In this document: piece by piece, positions 14,342 through 28,554 of the stretch
Layout: every line of letters begins with the position of its first letter
Position numbering within the stretch: position 1 is the first letter of the stretch
DNA from: Eledone cirrhosa
Lineage: Eukaryota
Reading direction: 5' to 3'
Length of the DNA: 64,000 bases
NCBI GenBank assembly: GCA_964016885.1
Contig: OZ024743.1
Location: 57,908,001-57,972,000 of the forward strand
Translations under genes and position numbers: made by a program
The notes under the pieces: model-generated
Told to the model about the DNA's origin: nothing
What the model saw: only the letters and a program-made list of their open reading frames with translations
Database searches by the model: none

Positions 14342-14714
14342 TACTCTCGAGTTCCAAATATCAAGGAAGGGGTGAATAACTTGGGTGGGGGGGGGGTGGA
14401 GCGTTAAAATAGCTAATTTTTCTAGGTGTAAACTTTGATTAAAAAAAAAATATATATAATTACTTCTTTAGTTTACATATTGAGATCCCAACCCATCCTA
14501 TTTATTTTATAATGTGTGAGATTTCCAATAATGTACATTTTTTGTCGTACATTTTTTTAATGTATAAAGAAAATTAATTGTCACAGGAATGCTACCACTT
14601 AAAGTAAAATTTAGCCTAAGATAGAGTATCAAAATTTAATAAGCGGTGGTCGGGTTGGAAAAAATCTAAAAATTTAATAAGCAGGGAGGTGCGATTATTC
14701 TAGACCCGGGAGTA
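14342..14714. mobile_element. MITE / non-autonomous DNA transposon, TA-bounded (Tc1/mariner-like)
   Basis: Left TACTCTCGAGTTCCAAATA versus right-end reverse complement TACTCCCGGGTCTAGAATA; subterminal AATAAG repeats; right half recurs at 23681-23864. Confidence 0.65.
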
Positions 14715-15039
14715 ACTCAACGATAGTAACAATGGTTATGAGAAATGTTTCTTGAATATAAATCTTCCTTTGTGGAATTTAAGCTTTGACACTTATATGA
14801 CTCCAGTGAATTCTATTAGTTTTAACTGTTTCAACTATGAAAATACAGAAATATAACTAGGATAATAAAGATTTCTAACTTTGGCATATGTTCACAAATC
14901 TTAAGGATAAATATAGTGTTTAGGTTCTGTATTCACATCCCAATGAAGTCAACTTTGTCGTCTATCTTTAAGTTCTACTTAAATACGAGTATATATAGAT
15001 ATAATATTCCTATGAATGTAAAGGAGGATATAATGGTTT

Positions 15040-15250
15040 CTGATTGAGGCGCAAGGGCAACAATTTTCAGGGAAGAGGGAAGTAGATTAAATCAACCCCA
15101 GTGTGTTACTGGTACTTTCTTTTATAGAACTCATAAGGAAGAAAAGCAAAGCTAACCTCGGTTGGATTTGAATTCATAACGTAAAGGGCCGTAACTTCAT
15201 TCCGCGAAGTAGGCAGATACTCTATCGATACAGCCAATCCCCCGCCCTAT
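15040..15250 (-). mobile_element. Family S2 SINE
   Basis: Reverse complement of S2 (CTGGTACTTT...AAAGCTAACCTCGG...GATTTGAA). Confidence 0.75.
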
Positions 15251-16014
15251 AAGGAGGTTATAAGAAAATATTAAATCAGAATCAGTCACTTAATGATATA
15301 TATTTTATGAACTGTAGCGAAATGATGGGTTAGGTAGGAGTTATGTGGGGGAAAAACTAGGTTTTTTATCATAATACGGAGGAGACATTGAAAGTGAGAA
15401 CAGTTGTTGTTGTAGTTCACTCTCTTGCTAGTATTGATGAGATGACTTGGGTGTTTTAATGATAGGCGCTTCAGTCATATCATACTATCATTTTCCCAGT
15501 GAGAAGAAGCAAGATTTGAACTCAGAGCGCGTAATGTCAGGATATATACCGCAGTGCATGTCTTCCATCACTCTAAAAATTCCGGCAATCCACTCCGCTG
15601 TACAGCTGTTTCATTTATCGACGCGTAAGGGATGAAAGACGAAGGTAAACTCGCTAGAAATTAGATTCAGAGTGGTGATATCTGAAGCAAATACTACAAG
15701 AAATTTTATCTGGCGCGTTAACAATTTTGCTAATTCTTCATATTAAGTGAGAGTAATTATAATTTGCGAAATAGTGTATGTAATATTTGCATATTCTATC
15801 TAAAATAAACCATTGAAGAAAGAGGCTTAATGTTTAGCGTGTTTGGCTCACGATTAGAAGCTCGTTATTTCGATTCACTGTACCATGTTGTGACCTTAAT
15901 GAAGGCACATGTGGATTGGCAGTATCAGTAGCGCGTCAGACCCATGCTTTGCAACATAGTGTTACGGCCAGAATTGCTTGCCTTGTGCCTATATAAGAAA
16001 CCATTATTTTAAGG

Positions 16015-16192
16015 GTGGTGGATTGGCAGTATCGGTAGAGGGTCTGACGCCATGCTTTCCAGCATAGTTACGTCCCTTTACGATCTGAGTTCAAATCCCG
16101 CCGAGGTTGACTTTGCCTTACGGGGTCGATAAAATAAAGTACCAGTAATGCACTGGGTAATTGCTGGCCTTGTGCCTAAAGTAGAAACAAGT
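16015..16192 (+). mobile_element. Family S2 SINE (deleted partner at ~15910-16010)
   Basis: Nearly identical to 26368-26551. Confidence 0.85.
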
Positions 16193-16649
16193 ATTTTATG
16201 TTGATCCAGTCAACACAGCTGTGAAAAATAACTTGCACCCGAAATTTTGAAGCGCAGCCTTGCGATACATTATATCAAGCTGAATCACCCCGAGAACTTC
16301 GTTAATGGTACAGGTGTTTGTGGAATGCTCCACTATTTACAGGTTAATTTCACGATTAGACTATCCCATTGAACAAACAACTACAACTCTTATCGTCGGA
16401 GATGACGGAGGTCCAATAGACGTAATAATCCATTGGAAACATCTCAATATCATATCACATAGCAATCTATGTAACAGGAGACATATTAATAAATACCAAA
16501 AATCGCCAAACTTTTACAGACATAAAATCGCAGAATGCAGAAAATCAATACAAGTAAGAATTACCATCATCATATTTGTTATTGTATCCAGACAATTGGA
16601 AGGGAAGATTGTGGCAATTAGCAGCCAAAATAAGTGAAAGAATCAAGAT

Positions 16650-16785
16650 TTTGGCATCATCTATATTTACGTGAAATACATTCATACCTACATACATACA
16701 TTCATTTATGTAAGTATACATACATAGATTCATTCATTTATGTATGCATACATACATACAAACATATCTACATGCATATATACAT

Positions 16786-16816
<31 letters not shown>

Positions 16817-16991
16817 CAAACATATATATATAAATATAAACACAAACATATATATATATATATAGACACACATATACATATATGCGTATGTGTGTATACA
16901 TACATATGTATACATATATATATATAAATATATGTATATAATGTATATATAAATATGTATATATATATATGTATATATATATAAATATATG

Positions 16992-17038
<47 letters not shown>

Positions 17039-17197
17039 GTATATATATATATGTATATATATATATGTATATATATATGTATATATATATGTATATATAT
17101 ATATGTATATATATATATGTATATATATATGTATATATATATGTATATATATATATGTATATATATATATGTATATATATATATGTATATATATATG

Positions 17198-17242
<45 letters not shown>

Positions 17243-17296
17243 ATATATATTTATATATATATATTAATACATACATATATATATATATATATATTA

Positions 17297-17346
<50 letters not shown>

Positions 17347-17592
17347 ATACATATATGTATAGTATATATATATATGTATATAGATATAGATATGTATGTA
17401 TGTATATACATATATGTATAGTATATATATATATGTATATAGATATATATATATGTATATATATGTATATATATATACATATGTGTATATATATATATGT
17501 ATATATATATACATATGTATATATATATGTATATACATATATATATACATATATATATACATATGTATATACATATATATATGTATGTACAC

Positions 17593-17665
<73 letters not shown>

Positions 17666-17698
17666 TATATACATATATATATATACATATATATATAC

Positions 17699-17752
<54 letters not shown>

Positions 17753-17761
17753 ATATATATG

Positions 17762-17808
<47 letters not shown>

Positions 17809-17810
17809 TA
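16650..17810. repeat. ~1.1 kb interrupted (TA)n tract
   Basis: Direct reading; TG and CA interruptions preserve purine-pyrimidine alternation. Confidence 0.97.
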
Positions 17811-18017
17811 ATTTTTCATCTTAATAGTAATTAAAACCGTCAATTAATTCGTCTGTTCTTCTTTTACTGGTTTCAGTCACTAGTCTACTGCAATGCCACG
17901 GTTCCGCCTCAATTTAGTCTATCATATCGACCGCTTACCAATTTTAGTACTTTTTTTATCGATCTCTTTTGTCGAAGCACTAAGTTATGAAATATAAATG
18001 CATGCAGACACCAACAT

Positions 18018-18115
<98 letters not shown>

Positions 18116-18138
18116 TATATATATATATATGTAGATAT

Positions 18139-18474
18139 ATACGTGGAGAAGTAACTAAAGGAGTACAAACCGTTAAAACATGTTTATTTAAAATAGCACC
18201 AACGTACGTTTCGCCCGAATGGTCTTTTCAAAGAAGCCCATTCGGGCGAAGCCTACGTAGGTGCTATTTTAAATAAACATGTTTTAACGGTTTGTACTCC
18301 TTTAGTTACTTCTCCACGTGCCTCCGCTCTGCTAATTCTCTCGCCCACTAGATATTAACACTTCTAATATTTAACACTGCCGGCACTAGTATTGTGCACC
18401 CTCTGCATACGCTTTTGGCAAATAACTACATGTATCGCCTATCCCTCCTTCTCGCTCTCGATACGTAAATATTC

Positions 18475-18478
<4 letters not shown>
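18139..18478. mobile_element. Fold-back PLE pseudo-LTR derivative (family B) with hammerhead remnant
   Basis: ~80 bp inverted arms 18141-18222 / 18238-18319, right arm extends ~160 nt; minus strand reads TTGAAAA-gaccattcgggc-GAAAC-GTAC-GTT. Confidence 0.75.
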
Positions 18479-18533
<55 letters not shown>

Positions 18534-19971
18534 AACGAATGAATTGTGGTAAGGAACCAGATGGACCATAACGCACCAGAGTACTCAATACTTAGGGTAG
18601 TAGAGTGGTTAATAGGAAAAAGTATGACCCCCGACGGCAGAACTCAAGCCGCTTCGACGGCTATTTCTGGACTAAATTAGAATTTTTAGCCTGGTGATTA
18701 AATAGCCAAACTTGTCAAGGGGTACTTCCTTATATGGGAAGATTGCAGTTGTCAAGAGGATTGGTCAACATTTCTTGTAAACACAAATAAGTCTATCATG
18801 GCATTTGGTGAGAGGTGGTGGTGGCTGAACTTGCCTGTAGAACAATGAGGGATTGAGTGGAGCCGGTCAAGCGTTGAAAGTGATATGTATACAGCAGATT
18901 CTAAGGATAGAGTATGAAAAGTCGAAAAATTGTTCTGGAGAAAATGGAGGAGGGAAGTAATAGAATAGGTAATTCGAATGAGAGTATGAGACAATTAAAA
19001 ATAATCGAAAGAAGTATAAAAAAAATATATAGTGAGAAATGAATAAAAAACAAAACAAAAAAAACAGTAGGGTCTAGAAACAGCTGCTATGATTAGTAGG
19101 TATTGCTTGTACGGCCAAAACTATAGAAAAGGTTAATAAGTTGAGAATGGAAAATACTAAATAAGAAATGTGGAAGTGGGTAGTGAAAAGATATAAAGCA
19201 AACTTTTCAGGTGTCTAACACAGCTGCTGAAAATAGTAAGTAAAGAGTATTCCACCAATGATATCTTACAATTACAGGTTAATAAGTTGAGAATATAAAA
19301 TAAATTTAGAAATTGTAGAAATGGAGTAGTAACAAAAATGATACAAAATTACAGGGGTCTAACACATCTGCTATAAATAGTTAGTAAAGTTTGCTTTATA
19401 TCTTTTCACTTCCCACTTCTACAATTTCTTATTTAGTATTTTCATTCTCAACTTATTAACCTTTTCTATAGCTTTGGCCGTACAAGCAATACTTACTAAT
19501 CATAGCAGCTGTTTATAGACCCTACTGTTTTTGTTTTTTTTTAATTTATTTCTCACTATATTTTTTTTATATTTCTTTCTATTATTTTTAATTGTCTCCT
19601 ACTCTCATTCGAATTATCTATTCTATTACTTCCCTCCTCTATTTTCTCCAGAACAATTTTTCGACTTTTCATACTCTATCCTTAGAATCTGCTGTATACA
19701 TGTCTCTTTTCAACGCTTGACCGGCTCCACTCACTCCTTCATTGTTCTACAGGCAAATTCAGCCACCACCACCTCCCACCAAATGCCATGATAGACTTAT
19801 TTGTGTTTACAAGAAATTTTGACCAATCCTCTTGACAACTACAATCTTCCCATATAAGGAAGTACTCTTTGACTAGTTCGGCTATTAATTTAGCAGGCTA
19901 AAAATTCTAATTTAGTCGAGAAATAGCAGTTAAAATGGCTTGAGCTCTGCCGTCGGGATCATACTTTTTCC
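18534..19971 (-). mobile_element. Family A inverted pseudo-LTR pair, no ORF
   Basis: ~570 bp inverted arms (~18615-19190 / ~19400-19971), tail on left arm only, TA tracts either side, homologous to 42835-44620. Confidence 0.85.
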
Positions 19972-20202
19972 TATATATATATATAAGGTAGATTAAATGA
20001 GGTGATAATACAACTGTATAAGGCAGTCAGATATTCAAAGCTCTAATGTGATTTTATTATCCACATCAATATTGGCAAAAGACAGTTCAGAGTTAAATCC
20101 AATTTGTAAATTTCCTGTTAAAGTAGTATTACAAAAATCACATAGCATATATAAATGAATAATCATATAACCAATGCTCAATACATTGATACATTATGTA
20201 AT

Positions 20203-20276
20203 TGTTTTACATATGTTTCATTCAAATACGGAAGGAGGTAACATTTAATTCCACAGTACAGAAATCGTCAGAATCA
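20203..20276 (-). ncRNA. Type I hammerhead motif with expanded stem II
   Basis: Minus strand: tgatt-CTGACGA-tttc...gaat-GAAAC-ATAT-GTA-aaaca; palindromic loop ATAT; one mismatch in stem I. Confidence 0.65.
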
Positions 20277-20484
20277 CTAAAAAAGGTATTTATTTACCGA
20301 GCGCATGTTTTCCTGACTCCAGACAGGAGGATTCGAAAACCATAAAGAAGTTTTATGTATATTAGGAAATGCATTGAAAATGCGAACAGAACTGCAGACA
20401 CTGATGAGGCCAATCAGTCACTGTGTATTTTTGAAAATAGCATATATTTTCACTAGCTCTGAGAGTTTGGCAGGTGAACAGTGA

Positions 20485-20530
20485 GCTGTACTGATGAAGG
20501 GTGATACCCAGAAACATTAGTGTCTGCAGT
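20485..20530 (+). ncRNA. Type I hammerhead motif
   Basis: gctgta-CTGATGA-a-gggt(gat)accc-a-GAAACA-ttag-TGTC-tgcagt; stems I, II and III all pair. Confidence 0.75.
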
Positions 20531-20677
20531 TCTGTTCGCATGCCAACACAAGAGCAAGAATGAAGGGTTCATTCTACTGACATTGCTATAAAATTGAGGC
20601 TTCTTTGCATAATTGCAAACGAATTGAATGTTACTATTAATATTCGAAAAACTCAGATTACATTTATATATATATAG

Positions 20678-20759
<82 letters not shown>

Positions 20760-21079
20760 GTATATATATTTATTAAAATAACAGATTAAAGTTTAAGCAA
20801 AGAATCGCTGCTTTCACTCTCAACGGGATCATGCGTATGCACGCAAATACAAAATTTAAGATGGGACTAATAATAAATATTATAGGATATAAGAATCAAT
20901 AGGCAGGGCAAACAATGCCAACGAAACGATTAATTAAGTACTGTATGAGGAAAGGAAAGGAGATACTTAATTAAAATGTAAAGGTGAAAGTAAATGCAAT
21001 CCTTAATCAGGTTCGAGTGCTTTATAAAAAGAAGTTACTATTTCTAATGCTGCGGTCAAATATAGATTACATTTAGTTC

Positions 21080-21780
21080 TGCCCCCATTAGAGGATTTAG
21101 CTGATTTTTGTTTGATATTGGGAATAATTCTATCTAATACATTCTTACATTCTTTTTATACCCGAAGTTGAAGGAAATAATCTAATCGATGGGATATTTT
21201 TATTGTCTTTACCGCTAAATCTTCTGTTTTAATATATACAAGGTTCCGAATATTTTGCAAAATTTAGTTGTTTCACAATATTTTCAGTCTGCCTACTGAT
21301 TTCGGTTAAGTTAGCTGTATTAGTTTTTTTTAATAGTTATTTCTTTGTAGATAAAGGAGTTATGTACATAGTATAAATATTTTTAGTTTTTCAGTAAGTA
21401 TTTTCTTCTGTTCTTTTTCTAAAAAGTTAATTGTGGTGTTAATCTGTTTCAGAATTATAATATTTGGAATTATAATATTTGGAAGGCTTTTGAATTTGAT
21501 ATTTTTTTTTCATATTAAACAGATCATTTTCAGAGTTATCCGATAAAGCATTATGTGGTGGGTCCTTGTATGTGGTAAATCTGAATTTATGTGCTGGAGT
21601 ACTGTTGTTATTTTTTTCTTTGAAACCCTTTTTCGTTTCATGAAAGAACACTTATCACTGCACTCGTCGGATAACAAAATTAATACTATTAATTATGTAT
21701 TTCAGGTAAATCTTTTTTCCGGCTCGGGATAGCTTAAAGAGACATCGGAAGGTAATCTTTGGTTAACATATTAGCCGAAT
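21080..21780 (-). pseudogene. Decayed PLE ORF N-terminal region
   Basis: FVIRRV...FFHE...FRFTTYKDPP...ENDLFN resembles the N-terminus at 22400-22790; upstream block 21815-22010 is repeated at 19985-20180. Confidence 0.55.
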
Positions 21781-22086
21781 AGTTAGAATGTTTAACAGAA
21801 AAAGAGGCAGCATTAAGGTGGATTAAATCAGTTGAAGATACAACTGTATAAGCAGTCAGATATTCAAAGCTCTAATGTGATTTTATTATCCACATCAATA
21901 TTGGCAAAAGACAATTCACAGTTAAATCCAATCTGTAAATGTTCAGTTATAGTAGTAGTACAAAATTCACATAGCATATATAAATAAATGACTAAATAAA
22001 TAACCAAGGTTCAAATATATAGGTTTTGTCTTAGTAACTTTGTGGTTCAATGCAAGGGGATGCAGAACAATTATATGAAAGACGTC

Positions 22087-22138
<52 letters not shown>

Positions 22139-22243
22139 ATGTATAGAGATATGTATATATATTTATGTATATATATATGTATATGTATATATATATATGT
22201 GTGTATATATATACATGTGCATATATATATGTGTATATAAATA

Positions 22244-22313
<70 letters not shown>

Positions 22314-22396
22314 TATATTTATTGGCACTTTCCAGCCCGATTAGTTGAGCACTCTACAGTTTTCAGGAATTTAACCAACATACACCATGTACCTTT

Positions 22397-23686
22397 ATGA
22401 ATTGGATTATTCAATCAAAAATATACCTACTCCTTCCAACACAACTTATACCAAACTGCTTATAGATAAAATCGAACAAATCGAAGAATGAGATGGAAGG
22501 CAATGGTTTACGATGGACTATTCAGTGTGGATACAAATGATTGTTTTGACATAAAATCCCGTAAATACCCACCTAGAATTAAAGACATGGCCAACTTCAA
22601 ATTAGACCTTGTTAATTCAATTAGTGATATCAAATTTTGTAAGTACAGTAATAATTTTCAAACTAAACTTTCTAACGATATTTCTAATTTTAAAAATTCT
22701 ACAAACACTTTTGTTCTTTCCTATAAAACTAAAAATCTCTTTGAAGTTAATAGTATTTTGTATAACCAACTTTTAACAAATATCAATTAGCTAACAATAA
22801 CACCTACAATACTATTAAAAAAGAAGCTAAAGAACTAGCTAGTTCTTTAAAAATAGACAACCGGATTGAAAGCCTAGCTAAGCGTAAAGTATATATTACC
22901 ATTAAAGACCATAAATTAGACTTTACTAATCGACCTAGCTGTACACTGATTAACCCGGCTAAATCCGAAGTTGGCCTTGCAAGTAAAAAAATCTTAAGAA
23001 AAATAATTCTCCAAATTAGAACAAAGACTGCCTTATCACAATGGTTAAATACATCCTCTGTTATTTCTTGGTTTAATAATACACAAGGTAAAAATAAGTG
23101 TAGATTTACCCAATTTGATATTGTTGATTTTTACCCCTCTATTACTCTTTCCTTATTAACTAAAGCCTTAGATTTTGCATAACCCTTCATTAATATTTCT
23201 AAATTAGAAGAAGACATTATCTTTCATGCTACGAAAACTCTACTCTTTACTAATGAAAGTATTTGGGTTAAAAAGTCAAGCCCTGAAAACTCTTTTGATG
23301 TTGCAATGGGTTCATATGACAGTGCGGATGTGTGTGACTTAGTAGGATTATTCCTTCTCCACACCCTTAAAGAGAAATTTCCTTCCCATAATATCGGTTT
23401 ATACCGTGACAACGGATTGGCAGTTTCTCATACCACCAACGGCCATAAGCTTGATAAATTCCGGAAAGATTTAATCAATACTTTTGCTAATCTAAACCTT
23501 AAAATTACTATAGATACGAACCTTACCAATGCTAGCTTTCTTGACATTAATCTTGATCTACTTACTGCCTCTTTTAAACCTTATCATAAACCTAACGAAA
23601 ATCTAAGATATATACACCATCCCCCTATAGTTTTAAAAAATCTTATTCCCAATATTAGCCGTAGGATTTCTACCTTATCTTTTTAA
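22397..23686 (+). pseudogene. Penelope-like element reverse transcriptase (Naiad-like), disrupted
   Basis: KNIP.P, MRWKA, INPAKSE.G, QFDIVDFYPSI, FDVAMGSYDSADVCDLVG, GLYRDNGL (YRDD decayed), FLDINLDL, PYHKPN; stops, frameshifts and 3' truncation at a MITE half. Confidence 0.88.
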
Positions 23687-23864
23687 TGTATAAAGAAAAT
23701 TAATTGTCGCAGGAATGCTACCACTTAAAATAAAATTTCGCCGGATATAGATTAGCAAAATTTAATAAGTGAGAAAGATGGAATAAGTGTGCGTGGTGTG
23801 TGGAAAAAATTTGAAAAATTATTAAATGAGTGGGGTTGGGTCGATTATTCGAGACCCAGGAGTA
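23681..23864. mobile_element. Right half of the 14342-14714 MITE family
   Basis: Matches ~14555-14714 including terminal GATTATTC.AGACCC.GGAGTA. Confidence 0.75.
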
Positions 23865-25310
23865 CCTAAATAATTAAAGAATATATTCTTATCAAATTCA
23901 AGCACATCTTTAGAATCAAGTAAGTTATAGAAATACTCCGAATATAATTAAATGTGGACAATAGACCCTGGCGTTCTTTTAACACGTCAGTATTTGAAAT
24001 AAGTTTCAAGTCATTTTTCAATACAAATAATTATAAAAAAATATTTCAACATCTAAATAGATTTTTTTTTTTATTAAGAGAAACTACCTCGAAGAAGTGC
24101 ACATTTTACAGTTGAAGTCAATCTGTAACTTTTAAGATGCTTCTTTTTAATGATTATTTTAACTGCTGAAAGAAATCAGTAATCTTTCATGTTTTCCAAC
24201 AAACAGTTTGGTAAAACACATTTATCTTATAGCTATTCATTAAAATGGAAACACTGGAAAACAAAACCACAATTTTGCAGCTTTTTATGATTGTCTCTTA
24301 AAACGTTATAACTACATATCTTTTTAGATGTTATAACGTAGTTGGGAATACATTTTAAGTAATCTTGATTGATTAAAAACTATATCAATAGATTAAAGAC
24401 ACTCTTTTGAAATACCTCTAAAGGATTAAGGAAATGTTTGCTTTATTTTTTTTATTATTTCTGCAGAATCTCTTAATTCTGTGTATTTTACCAATGAAAA
24501 GATGTATTAGAGATGGTATTTTTATTATCCTCGAAGAAGATCTATAAACTTGTCAATAGAATCAAAATAATTGTTTCTACTTTTGGTACAAGGCCAGCAA
24601 TTATCCCAGTGTATTACTGGTGCTTTATTCTATCGAATTCAAAGTATTTTGTTGCCGCATATATAGAAACTAAAATATTTAAAATAACATCTAGGCAGCG
24701 AATTGACAGCCGTTCCGGCTCGCTACGCTCAGTGTTCAAACCCCTGAGTTGTCAACATTACCTTTTGTTCTTTCTGAAAATCAATAAATAAAGCACCTGT
24801 CAAAGAGCAGCGGATTGGCGGAAACGTTAAAGAGTCGGGCAGTCTGATATGTTTTGATTTCAAATCTTGCTTTCTCCTGCCAGGAGTTGCGACCAACTGA
24901 TAGCAAATAAATAATTAAACATTGTTTTCTTAATCCAGTCCAATGTTCGGTTCATTCCCTTTTTAAAATTACTCATTTCTCTTCTATCTGACCTATTAAA
25001 CGTTATTGTTAGTTATTGTTAGTGTTGTGTAGTGAGGGAGTCATGGCACTATCCCTATTCCAATGAATAAAACATCAGTTCTAATAAACTCCTCTACTGG
25101 TTTCAATCAGTAGAGTGCGTCAATGGTGAAACACTGAGTTGAAGTCGATCATATGGGCTTCAGTACTAATTAATGTCTTGTACTTATTTCATCGGTCTCG
25201 TTTTGTCGAGCCGCTAAGTTACGAGACATAGCCACAGACATAGACACAAATGCAAAAGTAAACTCTCACACACACACACACACACACAGACACACACAGA
25301 CACACACACA

Positions 25311-25379
<69 letters not shown>

Positions 25380-25429
25380 GAGGGTCTTCTGCAGTTTCCG
25401 TTTATATATAAATATGTATATATAAGTAT

Positions 25430-25485
<56 letters not shown>

Positions 25486-25488
<3 letters not shown>

Positions 25489-25680
25489 ATAATAATAAAT
25501 TTGAAGACTAAAATCCAAAGAGGGGTCGATAATGATAAATATATATCAAATATATAGAACCGTAGAGCAAATATTTATTAAAATAACAGATTTAAGTTTA
25601 AGCAAAGAATCGCTGCTTTCACCCTTAACGGGATCTTAAGGGTGAAAGCAGCAATTCTTTGCTTAAACTTTAATTTGTTA

Positions 25681-25688
<8 letters not shown>
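25486..25688. mobile_element. Small fold-back element in a (TA)n tract
   Basis: ~52 bp inverted arms 25576-25628 / 25636-25688 with one-sided extension; the same arm occurs at 20771-20830. Confidence 0.7.
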
Positions 25689-25719
<31 letters not shown>

Positions 25720-26367
25720 GCAGGTTTTTCCAAAAGACACTAGACCATTACAAAAACACTTTGAATGGTCTCGGGACTTGGATAACTCTCCAGGTGCGAA
25801 CCCATTGTCAGTCATGTGAGAAGGTAGTGGTAGGAGTGGCTCATGCAATGTGATACTATTAATATTTTCATCCTTCGTGACTCACATCATTAATGTATGA
25901 GATAGTTAGATGACGATAAAGAGACAAATAGATAGATAGGGCGATAGCTAAGGAGAAAAAGGTGGGTGTGAGGAGTGTATGGAAGTAGATAGGAGAGTGA
26001 AAGTGAAAATTGGATTCGTGCAGAGAAATAGAAAGAGAGTGAATGTTGGGGGGGGGGGGGTAAACAGTAATATCCTGTGATGGATTTAATGACATATATC
26101 TGCTGTCCCCTAAACAAACACTGCAATCAGTACTATAAAACGAATAAGAGACTTTGGAAATAGTTATGGCCAACCATAATACCTGCAGTCTGGTTCCTTT
26201 CTCTCTCCTTAAAAAACCCCCCAAAAAACAAAAAAAACAAAAAAAAAACAGGTATGTTCCGTCCGAGAAAAGTGTAGGTTGCCTCAGAGGTGAAATGCCC
26301 ATGATATGCCCTGTCTCAGAATAGTTCCCCAACAACTCCACCAGGAGTTAAGTGTAGTCTGCTTTTT

Positions 26368-26551
26368 GGTGGATTGGCAGTATCGGTAGAGGGTCGGACG
26401 CCATGCTTTCCAGCATAGTTACGTCCCTTTACGATCTGAGTTCAAATCCCGCCGAGGTTGACTTTGCCTTTCATCCTTACGGGGTCGATAAAATAAAGTA
26501 CCAGTAATGCACTGGATAATTGCTGGCCTTGTGCCTAAAGTAGAAACAATT
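26368..26551 (+). mobile_element. Family S2 SINE
   Basis: Complete copy GGTGGATTGGCAG...GTAGAAACAATT. Confidence 0.88.
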
Positions 26552-27199
26552 ATATAAGTATATGAAAGAAATTTGTATTGTACGTAATATAGATGAATCA
26601 GTATTATCATTTAAATGTAAGAACATATTGTAATAATATAAAAAGTTACATTTACGATATGGCAATTAATAAATGTGTCTTTAAATATCAATTGATTTTG
26701 CTTAAAGATCGTTCTTCAATAGCGTTTTACCAGTTTTCGTTCTGAAATGCCGTTCAATTTAATAAGTCTTTCTTCCAATTTCCTCAATTGTCTTTCATAG
26801 CTTTTCCTTTACGCGCCAACAAAAGTGCTTAACTAATATTTCTATTTTCTTTTTTAACTTCTATGGAAAACCTTTAGATATACCGTAAATATCCGGAAAT
26901 TTGCAGAATTATCACAATAGCTCTACAGAAAAACCTATCTTTATAAAATTGCTTTGTTAAGTAGCTGGTTTTATAATTCTACTTAAATGAGAGCTTCGAT
27001 GAATAGTCTACATTTCCTGCTATATTGACTGGTGTGCTAGTTTTGATATGCATACATTAAACCTGTCGAAGAATTACTAGAATCTGATTGACGCTACTGA
27101 AATCATTGTGTGAGGCTTTGAAGTGATTAGAAAGATTCAAAAGACTTGACGTCAAAGTGGAAATCGAAATGTGGAAGGTGGAGGGAGTTCAATTATTAC

Positions 27200-27254
<55 letters not shown>

Positions 27255-27335
27255 CTGATACGATGAAAGAATAATGTGGAAGTGTCAAATATCGGATCGC
27301 TGTTAGGTGAGAGTGTATTCCATGTTGATACTGAA

Positions 27336-27454
<119 letters not shown>

Positions 27455-27544
27455 CATACAGTTAATATATTGATTGATAGTGTTGATATTGACACATAAC
27501 ATGAGAGACTCCGAGGTATTATGAAGTCAACAGAGGGTTATTGA

Positions 27545-27960
27545 GTCAACATGAAGATAGTTACAGAGTCAACAGTAGGAAATTCTTTAGTTCTTTAATC
27601 CTTTATGCAGTGGTAAAACATCCCCATCCCTCATACTCGCAGGCCATGTCATGGACCTGCTTCCTGGTCAGGCCCATGTCAGTCATGTTTGGACAGGACT
27701 GCTTTACACAGTTGCAATCACTGTCACGAGCCTGTTCACTGATCAGCGCTATGTCTACCATGTCTTCCTCCACAGACATCAAGCAGGTTTTGGCGTGTCT
27801 GCCTTGTCCCATACGATCTTCTTCCATCTTCCACCCGAGAGAGGATCTCAACAACGTGCATAGAACCTGACCAAGTAAGTTACTCTACACAGCTCTTTCC
27901 TTGACCTCTTCATTCGTGATGTGATCACGCTAATAAATTCTAAGTATGGTCAGAGTTCGA
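27545..27960 (-). pseudogene. Degenerate RTE-like LINE 3' end
   Basis: DHITNEEVK, GHVLCTLLRS.LGWKME..R.GQGR..KT pattern of the RTE C-terminus. Confidence 0.6.
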
Positions 27961-28164
27961 TAAATGTGTATATCCGACATATATATCTAATAATGAGCTA
28001 ATTACAATTAATGAGTCTCTACAGTATGGTAGTAATATTACAGAAATAGAGACGAGATTATCTGTATAGCAGCTATAGGCAAAGGCATCGTTTTGAAATT
28101 CGCTTCGTTTCATTAGGTCCCAGGTGGCATCTTAGGTAAGTGTCTTTATTACAGTCTCGGGTTG

Positions 28165-28382
28165 AGGGTGGTGAATTGGCAGTATCGTAGAGCGTCAGAC
28201 ACTATGCTTTATAGCATAGAGTTATGCCCCTTTACGTTCTGAGTTCAAATCCCGCCGAGGTTTGCTTTGCCTTTTATCCTTACGGGGTCGATAAAATAAA
28301 GCACCAGTAATGCACTAGGGTCGATTTAATCGCTCCCACCGCAAAAATATTGCTGGTCTTCTGCCTAAATCTGAAACAATTA
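28165..28382 (+). mobile_element. Family S2 SINE nested in a family S3 SINE
   Basis: S2 consensus; S3 sequence breaks at ~28160 and resumes at ~28385. Confidence 0.75.
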
Positions 28383-28554
28383 TTATAGCCTCATGTTAAG
28401 CCAGGTTTTGTGGGTGTAATTCGGTAGGTGAAATTTGCGTGGAAGCCCGTCAGATGGGTTGTACTTTTAATTGAAATGTCCAGCTTTATCATGTACTGTG
28501 TCACACATGTTCGTCTTGAGAATTACTTTAAGGGTAAAGTCTAAAGGTAAATAC

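Noticed and set aside
16634-17834. Long YI/CV/TH-repeat ORFs here and at other microsatellites
   Set aside because: Translations of stop-free dinucleotide repeats; no coding signal.
26715-26810. Short charged minus-strand frame KSYERQLRKLEERLIKLN
   Set aside because: About 30 codons, weak acceptor, no supporting context.
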